A DNA stretch of 64,000 nt from a virus. A program made the position numbers and the translations under genes. Each line of letters starts with the position of its first letter. Within the stretch, counting starts at the first letter, position 1. Location: the IMG/VR virus record IMGVR_UViG_3300021197_001743, positions 32,001 through 96,000 of that record; one strand, given 5' to 3'. Below are positions 18,094 through 26,155 of the stretch, piece after piece. The notes beneath the pieces are model-generated. The model searched no databases. It saw nothing but the letters and a program-made list of their open reading frames with translations, and was not told the origin of the DNA.

Positions 18094-20004
18094 ATGGCAC
18101 GTAACGATAGAAACCCAAACAATAACGAGAACAGTCTGTTTAAGGCTCTTACACGAGTATTCTCTGGACCGATGGTACAAAGAAGAACACAGACCGGAAG
18201 ACAACTGAGGCGGAGGCAATTAGACAAGTACGCTAACAAATTCCGTTCCACTTCCGGACTACAATTCAAAAAGTCAGAATATAACCCAATGAATGTTATG
18301 GCCCTCAATATGATTTCAAATAGAAATCGATCTGAGCGATATGTTGACTTTGACCAGATGGAATACACCCCAGAAATAGCTTCTTCGTTGGACATCTATG
18401 CTGATGAAATGACTACACACTCTAGTCTCACTCCAATGTTAAATATTAAATGCGCGAATGAAGAAATTAAATTCATTCTTCATTCTTTGTATTATGACAT
18501 TCTTAATGTTAATTCAAACTTGTTTGGCTGGGCACGGACCATGTGTAAATATGGAGACTTCTTTTTGTTCTTAGATATAGATGAACATATGGGTGTCCGT
18601 AATTGTATTGGGCTTCCACCGCAAGAAGTCGAGCGCTTGGAAGGAGAAGACCCTTCCAATCCAAATTATATTCAGTTTCAATGGAATTCAGGCGGCTTGA
18701 CTTTCGAAAATTGGCAAATTTCTCACTTTCGTGTTCTTGGAAATGATAAGTATGCACCTTATGGAACATCCGCTTTAGAACCAGCTAGACGCATCTGGAG
18801 ACAGTTAACTCTCCTTGAGGATGCTATGATGGCTTATCGAATCGTTCGAGCAACCGAACGACGTGTTTTTAAAATTGATGTTGGAGGGATTGCCCCGCAA
18901 GAAGTGGAACAATATATGCAAAAAGTAATGACTCAGATGAAGCGACACCAAGTTGTTGATCCTGATACGGGTCGAGTTGACCTCAGATATAATCCGATGT
19001 CGATTGAAGAAGATTATTTTATTCCAGTTCGTGGAGGACAATCATCCACCGATATCGATAATCTTCCCGGTGGACAATTCACTGCTGCTATTGAAGATGT
19101 AAAGTATCTTCGAGATAAATTGTTTTCTGCTCTTAAAGTTCCGCAGTCATATCTCTCAATGGGCGAAGGAGCGACTGAGGACAAAACAACATTGGCTCAA
19201 AAAGATATCCGTTTCGCAAGAACCATCCAAAGACTTCAGCGAGTTGTTATATCCGAATTAGAAAAGATTGGCATCATTCATTTGTTCACTCTTGGGTTCC
19301 GTGGAGATGACTTGCTAAATTTTGAACTATCTCTTAATAATCCGAGCAAGATAGCAGAGATGCAAGAACTTGAGCACTGGAAAACAAAATTTGACATCGC
19401 AGGGTCTGCTACGGATGGTTACTTTTCTAAGAGATGGGTCGCTGAGCACCTACTTGGGCTTTCGGAAGAAGAGTACATCCGGATGCAACGCGAAATGTTC
19501 CATGATAGAAAATTCTCAGCCAAACTAGAGGCTGTTGGTCAACCTGCTGAAGCTGGAGGAGATCTAGGTGGAGACCTCGGAGGAGACTTGGACCTTGGCG
19601 ATGATTTGGATCTCGGTGGAGAAGAAGGCGGTGATCTAGACCTTGGTGGAGAAGAAGCTGGTGGCGGTGCTGAGGATGACGATGTATTGTTGGCCGAGCC
19701 TCCCGGAAAACGCGATGATAATGCTAGACCTAAGAAGAGAAGGCCTTATGCCAAAGATTCTAAGAAAACGTATCGCAAGGGCGGTCGGAGAAAACAGATG
19801 AAGAATATGGCTTCAGGCGAGATCGGAACATTACGAAAGACCTTTCCGGGCAAGTCGGGCTTTGGCGGCCTAGATTCATTAGCGCGAGGCCTGATGGAAG
19901 AAAGTAATTCTGATATTTTGGAAGAAAGAAAACTATTTAGTACTGATTTTGAAATCAAATCATTAATTGAATCGCTAAAAAAGGTTGACGAAGATGAAAC
20001 ATAA
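18094..20004 (+). CDS. portal protein (T4 gp20-like)
   Basis: LLEDAMMAYRIVRATERRVFKIDVG, EDYFIPVRGG, LPGG..DVKYLRDKLFSALKVP; directly after terL. Confidence 0.92.
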   Translation: MARNDRNPNNNENSLFKALTRVFSGPMVQRRTQTGRQLRRRQLDKYANKFRSTSGLQFKKSEYNPMNVMALNMISNRNRSERYVDFDQMEYTPEIASSLDIYADEMTTHSSLTPMLNIKCANEEIKFILHSLYYDILNVNSNLFGWARTMCKYGDFFLFLDIDEHMGVRNCIGLPPQEVERLEGEDPSNPNYIQFQWNSGGLTFENWQISHFRVLGNDKYAPYGTSALEPARRIWRQLTLLEDAMMAYRIVRATERRVFKIDVGGIAPQEVEQYMQKVMTQMKRHQVVDPDTGRVDLRYNPMSIEEDYFIPVRGGQSSTDIDNLPGGQFTAAIEDVKYLRDKLFSALKVPQSYLSMGEGATEDKTTLAQKDIRFARTIQRLQRVVISELEKIGIIHLFTLGFRGDDLLNFELSLNNPSKIAEMQELEHWKTKFDIAGSATDGYFSKRWVAEHLLGLSEEEYIRMQREMFHDRKFSAKLEAVGQPAEAGGDLGGDLGGDLDLGDDLDLGGEEGGDLDLGGEEAGGGAEDDDVLLAEPPGKRDDNARPKKRRPYAKDSKKTYRKGGRRKQMKNMASGEIGTLRKTFPGKSGFGGLDSLARGLMEESNSDILEERKLFSTDFEIKSLIESLKKVDEDET

Positions 20005-20815
20005 TAAGAAAAGAAATACCGCTTTTCTTTACGAATGCCTAATAAAAGAATTAACAAAAGCAATCGTACGAGAAGACAAAAAAAGACAAGTAATTACAAA
20101 GAAAATTCTGAAGGAATTCTTTTGCAAAAGAAGCGTTCTCAAGAAAGAACTTGAATTGTATAATTCCATTCTAGAAAGTAAGGCGTTGAGCACTGACTTC
20201 TCAGAGAGGCTGTTAAAAGAAACAAAAATAGATTATGTTCGATCTGATAGGAAAGCCATATTCAACCAGCAGACCAGTCTTATTAATAAAATCAATAAGC
20301 ATTTAGGTCATGGTGCCTTTTCTAATTTTATTCCAAATTACAAAGATATGGCAACCTTGGGTTTGTTTTTTCAAAACGACAATCTGCCTGCTAAGAAAAG
20401 AATCATGCTTGAAAATAATTTGATTAAATATCTCGGAAGAAACGAGAAGATATTAACAGAAATGAAACACTTAGATAATCTAGAGTACAGAACATTTGTT
20501 AAGAAATTCAACAATGCATATGACAGAACTTTGAGAACAGAGCAGAAAAACCTATTAACAAATTATATCGTATCGTTTTCTGACAATGGGCTGGGTTTGA
20601 AAACTTTTTTAAATGAAGAGATTGGTCGTCTCAAGGATGCCGTACAGCAGCGGATCGTAGAGGAGACGAAATGGTCAACAAGGGAAAATTTTAAAAAAGT
20701 TAAGGTAAAGCTGGACAACTACGCACAAACGCCCATAAATCAGCAAATTGTTGAAGAAATCTTTTATATTCAAGACTTAATTGCGGAGGTATCTAAAAAT
20801 GGGAATAAAAATTAA
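19994..20815 (+). CDS. hypothetical head-region protein
   Basis: MKHNKKRNTAFLYE start at ATG 19994; CTATTTA at 19933 upstream. Confidence 0.65.
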   Translation: MKHNKKRNTAFLYECLIKELTKAIVREDKKRQVITKKILKEFFCKRSVLKKELELYNSILESKALSTDFSERLLKETKIDYVRSDRKAIFNQQTSLINKINKHLGHGAFSNFIPNYKDMATLGLFFQNDNLPAKKRIMLENNLIKYLGRNEKILTEMKHLDNLEYRTFVKKFNNAYDRTLRTEQKNLLTNYIVSFSDNGLGLKTFLNEEIGRLKDAVQQRIVEETKWSTRENFKKVKVKLDNYAQTPINQQIVEEIFYIQDLIAEVSKNGNKN

Positions 20816-21398
20816 CATTGACACTGCTGACTCTACGGAAGAAAACAACATAGATATCAAAATAACTCCAGATGATGGAGGAGTAAATTTAGATGTAATC
20901 AAAGAAGAAACTTTGGACTATAATCTAAACTTAAGATCTGCCCTCAACGGAGATTTGATGATAATGGATCACAAGGACATCGATATTGTTATCCAGCAAG
21001 GTAATAAAAAGATCGTAGCATTTGCAAAGGACGCAATGACAGACGCAGTATACGGTGCAGAATCTAGACTCTTAGAGTTCCTGAGAAAGAAAGGAGTAAT
21101 TAAGATTGATTCTATCCAAGGCGGAAATATTTATGGATCTTTGGAAGGAACAATAATGGAATCAGATGATTTTCATCCAATCTCCTCAGCTCTAATAAAC
21201 GTCTCTGAGTGGATGGAGACAGAGAGACCATACATGCAAGGCGTAACCGCTTATGATGATATGCAAGACGATGCTCTAACTGACCCAGATAACATTGACT
21301 CTACGGATTTGGGAGACGTATCTCAGGCTGAAGAGAAAGGCTCCATCAGCCCTAGAACTATATTTTCACCAGCAATGTACGGCAGGTTTTCATTGTAA
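20799..21398 (+). CDS. hypothetical acidic protein
   Basis: ATG at 20799 after GGAGGT SD. Confidence 0.65.
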   Translation: MGIKINIDTADSTEENNIDIKITPDDGGVNLDVIKEETLDYNLNLRSALNGDLMIMDHKDIDIVIQQGNKKIVAFAKDAMTDAVYGAESRLLEFLRKKGVIKIDSIQGGNIYGSLEGTIMESDDFHPISSALINVSEWMETERPYMQGVTAYDDMQDDALTDPDNIDSTDLGDVSQAEEKGSISPRTIFSPAMYGRFSL

Positions 21399-22108
21399 TG
21401 AAGCTTATAATAGAAAACTGGAACCACTATCTTCACGAAGGAAGTGATGCACCAATTCCACTGCCAGATGTTGCTAAAGTCGCCCTCTATCATGATCCTG
21501 AGGTTGACAATCATGAATTAATATTATATGGTATGGGTCGGAATGGCCCATTCCCATTCGCAGCATGCGGAATTGATAGATTGACAGAGGACGAAGAAAA
21601 CCCCTGCATACCTGAGACTTGGCACATGAGTTGGATCTATGTCCACCAAAGATTTCAAAGTCAAGGATGGAGTAAGATTTTATATGGTATCTCTTTCAAC
21701 TTAGTCAACAGCCTTGGCGGCGGTCTTACGTCGGACCACTGGTCTTCCACATCAGATGACGCAAAAGGTCGAGCTTGGGATAAGATGATCAGCAGGGGAC
21801 AATTGACTCCTAGAACAACGCCCGGCAAACACCCCTTTGGTGGCCACTCTGAGTTTGACTATGGCGAACCGGGATTTAAGAAAACTCCGTTGGATCCAAT
21901 GGATGATTGTCGAGAGCCCGTTGATGAACCTGCAACTAATAACAGTTGGGTTATGAAAGGCCATAGTAAATTTGAACCAATCTACAACACCTTAACACAG
22001 AACCACGAGCAAATTATGTCGGCGGTTTCTGATCGAAAGGAAATCGAAAGGAAACTGTCTGATGCTGCAGCTGACGGCTTTGAGGCTGCTTATATGGGGG
22101 GAGCGTGA
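21398..22108 (+). CDS. GNAT-like protein with short Glu-terminated leader
   Basis: MKLIIENWNHYLHE|G leader; IYVHQRFQSQGWSKILY resembles GNAT motif A (V.P.(F/Y)Q..G.(G/A)..L). Confidence 0.5.
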   Translation: MKLIIENWNHYLHEGSDAPIPLPDVAKVALYHDPEVDNHELILYGMGRNGPFPFAACGIDRLTEDEENPCIPETWHMSWIYVHQRFQSQGWSKILYGISFNLVNSLGGGLTSDHWSSTSDDAKGRAWDKMISRGQLTPRTTPGKHPFGGHSEFDYGEPGFKKTPLDPMDDCREPVDEPATNNSWVMKGHSKFEPIYNTLTQNHEQIMSAVSDRKEIERKLSDAAADGFEAAYMGGA

Positions 22109-22434
22109 ATCTACTCGCTTTCATCCTTGTCTCTTATGGTATGACTTTTATTGTTGTCTATGGCAAGATCTTCGAGAACATAAGGCCAAAAAAAGATTAT
22201 ACTAAAAAATGGAACACTCTTTTCCACTGTCCACTGTGTATGGGATTTTGGTGTTCGCTGTTTTTGTTTTGCATAAACGGCTACACAGAACTATTTACAT
22301 TTGAATATTCCTTAGGGAATATGTTCTGCCTCTCTTGTTTGGGAGCTGGGACAACTTATTTGCTCTCCATGATTGTCAATGACTTTGGTGTGAGAGTATC
22401 GTCGAGATCAGGAGGTGATTATGTTGACGATTAA
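22105..22434 (+). CDS. small membrane protein with CxxC motif (DUF1360-like)
   Basis: GTG start; three hydrophobic segments; LFHCPLCMGFW. Confidence 0.55.
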   Translation: MNLLAFILVSYGMTFIVVYGKIFENIRPKKDYTKKWNTLFHCPLCMGFWCSLFLFCINGYTELFTFEYSLGNMFCLSCLGAGTTYLLSMIVNDFGVRVSSRSGGDYVDD

Positions 22435-22480
22435 ACGATGGATGCTTCAGCCCGTCCGACGTTGCTGCTCCGGAAGTTGA
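22421..22480 (+). CDS. 19-aa micro-ORF MLTIKRWMLQPVRRCCSGS
   Basis: Strong AGGAGGT SD just upstream of the ATG at 22421; followed by a GC hairpin. Confidence 0.45.
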   Translation: MLTIKRWMLQPVRRCCSGS

Positions 22481-22523
22481 GCCAAGCCGGTAGCGCCGGC
22501 ATCTTTTTACTCTGAGGGAAATA

Positions 22524-23132
22524 ATGAAAAAAAAATTACTAAGAGAATTCTATGCTTTATGCGAAGGTGGGATCTGTCAAGATCTTTTATCTGAGCGGGA
22601 AAAGCGGGAAATGCAAAATGGCACCCTATATTTATCAGGGCGCCTGCAAACTGCTGATAAGCAAAACGGAAATGGCCGTGTTTATCCGCACAATGTTCTT
22701 AAGCGAGAAATTGATAACTATATGAAAATTGTCGAAGACAATCGTGCTTGTGGAGAACTTGACCACCCAGACGATTCAGTGGTGAACCTTAAGAATGTCT
22801 CGCACATTATAACAGAAGTGTGGTGGGAAGGAAAGGATGTTATGGGAAAAATTAAAGTACTAGATACACCCTCAGGTCGCATACTCAAAGATTTAGTGAA
22901 GGCTGGTGTAAAGCTTGGTATTTCTTCTCGAGGGCTTGGATCAGTTAGTGAATCCATGGGTGTTGTTACAGTTGAAAGCGACTTCCAATTGATTTGCTTT
23001 GATATGGTTTCAGAACCATCGACACCAAACGCGTATATGCTACCGCAAGGTCAAAATAATATTTCTACTCGTCTACGAGAAGTAAAAGAAAATAACATAG
23101 ATAATCTATTTAAAAAGATTTTGGGTGATTGA
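22524..23132 (+). CDS. prohead protease (T4 gp21-like)
   Basis: NGNGRVYP, GELDHP (catalytic His), GISSRGLGS (catalytic Ser), FDMVSEPS. Confidence 0.93.
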   Translation: MKKKLLREFYALCEGGICQDLLSEREKREMQNGTLYLSGRLQTADKQNGNGRVYPHNVLKREIDNYMKIVEDNRACGELDHPDDSVVNLKNVSHIITEVWWEGKDVMGKIKVLDTPSGRILKDLVKAGVKLGISSRGLGSVSESMGVVTVESDFQLICFDMVSEPSTPNAYMLPQGQNNISTRLREVKENNIDNLFKKILGD

Positions 23133-23134
23133 TA

Positions 23135-23446
23135 ATGCAAATTAATAAAGCAAGACTAAAAGAAATAATTCTAGAAGAACTAAAGAGAGAAATGCAGTTC
23201 GATCCAGAGTCTGCGTTAGAAATTACAAAGACTGAGCGGGCAATAAAAGATTTAAAGCTAGCCATGGAAAAAATGAAGATGTCTCTCTCTGGAGAGTGGG
23301 CAATAGCTAATTTACAAGGCTACCCAGCTGATGAACAACCTGACATGTCGCAGATTGAACAACAGATACAAGATATGCAATCTGCGGTAGAAGACCTTGA
23401 ATTCGCCATTCAATCTGAACAACATAACATGCACCAGAGGAAATAA
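23135..23446 (+). CDS. coiled-coil protein with conserved N-terminal leader
   Basis: MQINKARLKEIILEELKRE; CTATTTA at 23106-23112. Confidence 0.65.
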   Translation: MQINKARLKEIILEELKREMQFDPESALEITKTERAIKDLKLAMEKMKMSLSGEWAIANLQGYPADEQPDMSQIEQQIQDMQSAVEDLEFAIQSEQHNMHQRK

Positions 23447-23865
23447 TGAAAAAAGAAGAATTAAAAAAGATTTTGAGACCATTGATTAAAGAATGTGTTA
23501 AGGAGGTAATCTTTGAAGAAGGAACCCTTTCAACAATCATATCTGAGGTCTTAAAAGGAACAAGTCAACAATTGGTAACAGAAGTTAAGCAGCCTCAAAG
23601 AAAAGTTGAGACTGATCAGCAAGCTCGCCAAAGAAGAGAAAAGTTGATAAAAGAACAAAGAAAAAAAATGCTTGACGCAATAGGTAAAGACTCATACAAT
23701 GGAGTTGATCTATTTGAAGGCACAACACCTATGCAGGCCGATAGATCTGGTGGAGCCTCATCCCACAGGTCCAAGGCATTAGAGGGCATTGCTCCCCATG
23801 ACCCCGGTGTGGATATATCTTCCTTCGGCACGTCAGGCATATGGAAAAAACTAGCAGGAAATTAA
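23446..23865 (+). CDS. hypothetical head-region protein
   Basis: MKKEELKKILRPLIKECVKEVIFEE (leader-like); 139 aa. Confidence 0.65.
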   Translation: MKKEELKKILRPLIKECVKEVIFEEGTLSTIISEVLKGTSQQLVTEVKQPQRKVETDQQARQRREKLIKEQRKKMLDAIGKDSYNGVDLFEGTTPMQADRSGGASSHRSKALEGIAPHDPGVDISSFGTSGIWKKLAGN

Positions 23866-24081
23866 ATGGCTACCAATTATACAGAGAAGCCTCGCAAAAA
23901 CGAGGATCCAAATCGTTTCATTAAAAGATTCATCAAGAAATGCAAAAAACTTGGGATAATTGATGAATTTAGAGAGAGACAATATTATACTAAACCATCA
24001 TGCAAAAAGCGCTTATCTAAAAAACGCGCAATTGCTAGACGCAAAAAAGAACTTCGCAAGCAACGGCGTAGGGAAAATTAA
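23866..24081 (+). CDS. rpsU: ribosomal protein bS21
   Basis: 71 aa, very basic; E...RFIKRFIKKCKKLGIIDEFRERQYYTKPS matches the bS21 pattern (LRRFKR....GI..E.R.R..YEKPS). Confidence 0.85.
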   Translation: MATNYTEKPRKNEDPNRFIKRFIKKCKKLGIIDEFRERQYYTKPSCKKRLSKKRAIARRKKELRKQRRREN

Positions 24082-24116
24082 ATAAAAATACTAGTTATGT
24101 AGTAGGAGTTTTTAGC

Positions 24117-24548
24117 ATGGCCTCAAACATTTATACCGCAGGTTTACAAAACGTCGGCTCATATCAAGTATCGGGACAACCATACCTGAGTGGTTCGATA
24201 ACATCAGATCAAGTAGGATCTGTTTTGTCTTCCTCTTTTTCGTTCCCTTACGTTAGTAAGAAAGTGATAGTAACTAATCATGATGTGTCTAACAACTTGA
24301 TTGTAAGTTTTGCGCCTTTCTTGTCTAGTGAAGCTGCAACTTATGGATATACCAATTCAGCGTCTGGTTCTGGAAACTGGTTGTTCTTATCTGCTTCATC
24401 AACTATTGAGTTAGATGTTAAGTGCAAACAAGTTTTTGTAGCTCCTGCTGTCAATGCAACCTCTGCATCTTGTACAGTTTACGCAGAGTTAACCAATATA
24501 GGCACAAATAAATTATATTCTTTTGATGGCCTCAGGGGGATAAGTTAA
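24117..24548 (+). CDS. virion protein, paralog family A copy 1
   Basis: MASNIYTAGLQNVGSYQVSGQP...FPYVSKKV...KCKQVF. Confidence 0.65.
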   Translation: MASNIYTAGLQNVGSYQVSGQPYLSGSITSDQVGSVLSSSFSFPYVSKKVIVTNHDVSNNLIVSFAPFLSSEAATYGYTNSASGSGNWLFLSASSTIELDVKCKQVFVAPAVNATSASCTVYAELTNIGTNKLYSFDGLRGIS

Positions 24549-24964
24549 TGGCTAACAATATATACACTGCCGGCTTACAAAACGTTGGATCATACCAAGT
24601 ATCTGGTCGACCATTTATCACCGGTTCCAATATATACTCCAACGAAAATGCTATAGCATCAGGTGATGAGACCTCCGTTAGTTTCCCAGCTGTCACTAAA
24701 TCTATAACGTTGTGGAATTATTCCGCGGATCCTTTGAGCAAATTACGATTAACATTCGTTGCAACAGGGTCCATCAATAACCATCCAGCAAGTGGCGTTT
24801 ATTACGAACTAGGACAAAACGAATCCTTAACGTTGTCTTTAAAATGCAAAGAGGTATATCTTTCCGCAGTCAGCGGAGAGGTGTTGTGGAAATTATATGC
24901 GAGCTTAACTAGTATAGCTCCGGAAAGGATGTATGCCCTAACTGGTTCTGGTATTAGTGAATAA
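24548..24964 (+). CDS. virion protein, paralog family A copy 2
   Basis: MANNIYTAGLQNVGSYQVSGRP...FPAVTKSI...KCKEVY...PERMYALTGSGISE. Confidence 0.65.
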   Translation: MANNIYTAGLQNVGSYQVSGRPFITGSNIYSNENAIASGDETSVSFPAVTKSITLWNYSADPLSKLRLTFVATGSINNHPASGVYYELGQNESLTLSLKCKEVYLSAVSGEVLWKLYASLTSIAPERMYALTGSGISE

Positions 24965-24976
24965 GGAGGGTACAAC

Positions 24977-26155
24977 ATGGCTATTTATACAACAGGTCTT
25001 CAAAGTGCAGGATCTTACCAAGCTTCCGGACGACCATTTATTGCCCGTAGGACAGTCTCCAAAGATGGACAAGTAAAGATTGAATTCCCATCAGTAACCA
25101 AGAGCATAACCATAAGAATCCCTTCTATATCAAATGCAGCCGCGAGGATGGAAAAGGTCGCAAGTTCGGATTACTTTTGGTTCACGACCCAAGAAGTCCT
25201 TAATAGCAGCCCACAGCTACCAGTTTTCGGGAGCTCATCTGCTGGTGCAATTCAGGATTGGACTATTGCCTTGTGGTACAAAGCTGATTCCTCAGGCGGA
25301 AACAACAAGCGACTAGTTAACTTATTCGGGACAACATCCTCGCCGCTTGGGAGGAGAGGAACAATTAGTAATACTAGCAATACGCAATTGACTTTTGAAC
25401 TATTCGACAACTCAAGCATCTCACTTGGTACCATTACGAAGACAGGCATTGCCAGTGTTGCTGATTGGAATCATATCTTGCTGACACAAAAAACCGGATC
25501 TACACACATGTATGTAAATGGTGTAGCAGGGTCTTCTACTGTCAGTCAGATAGGACAAGCGCAAGATATCCGAATCGGATGGAACGGTGGAAACAACCAA
25601 CCTCTAACGGCTAGTGTCGACGAAATGACTTTTTGGTATGATGGCATGGATGCAAACGAGGTTGCCGAATTGTACAATAACGGCGAATGGTTTAACCCGA
25701 GAACTCATACAAAAAATTCTGATATTAAATGCTGGTGGACCTTCGGCGATCATCATTTGGATGTATTGGGTTCCCCTGCCACAACAGGCACAGTCAAGCT
25801 AGACATCATTTATGATGTAATTGATGACACCGAAGAGAATCTAAACCTGACGAGATATTTGGATGCCGTAGATCAGAATTACGCAACAACAACAGGGCCA
25901 TTCACGAACGATTCCATTGGAAAATTGAGAATGCATCTGCTAAGCACAGGTTCTGCGAGCGGCGCTAATATATATGCCAACAAGCATTATTACGAACTTG
26001 GTGGATACAACTCGTCTATTAAATTACCAATGAAAACAAAAGAAATTTACTTATCTGCTGTTGACGCCGCTGTTACTTTTGAGATTATTGCTGAATTAAC
26101 TCACATAGCACCTGAGAGAATGTATGCTTTAACGGGCTCGGGGATCGATGAATAA
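24977..26155 (+). CDS. virion protein, paralog family A copy 3 with inserted LamG/ConA-like domain
   Basis: Same termini as copy 2; central WTIALWYK...WNHILLT...MYVNG...IG...VDEMTFW...EVAELYN = LamG-like. Confidence 0.7.
   Translation: MAIYTTGLQSAGSYQASGRPFIARRTVSKDGQVKIEFPSVTKSITIRIPSISNAAARMEKVASSDYFWFTTQEVLNSSPQLPVFGSSSAGAIQDWTIALWYKADSSGGNNKRLVNLFGTTSSPLGRRGTISNTSNTQLTFELFDNSSISLGTITKTGIASVADWNHILLTQKTGSTHMYVNGVAGSSTVSQIGQAQDIRIGWNGGNNQPLTASVDEMTFWYDGMDANEVAELYNNGEWFNPRTHTKNSDIKCWWTFGDHHLDVLGSPATTGTVKLDIIYDVIDDTEENLNLTRYLDAVDQNYATTTGPFTNDSIGKLRMHLLSTGSASGANIYANKHYYELGGYNSSIKLPMKTKEIYLSAVDAAVTFEIIAELTHIAPERMYALTGSGIDE

Noticed and set aside
22478-22500. TGA plus hairpin as a selenocysteine/readthrough signal
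   Set aside because: Readthrough would not join the protease frame and gives no recognisable product; the hairpin with T-tract fits a terminator or attenuator better
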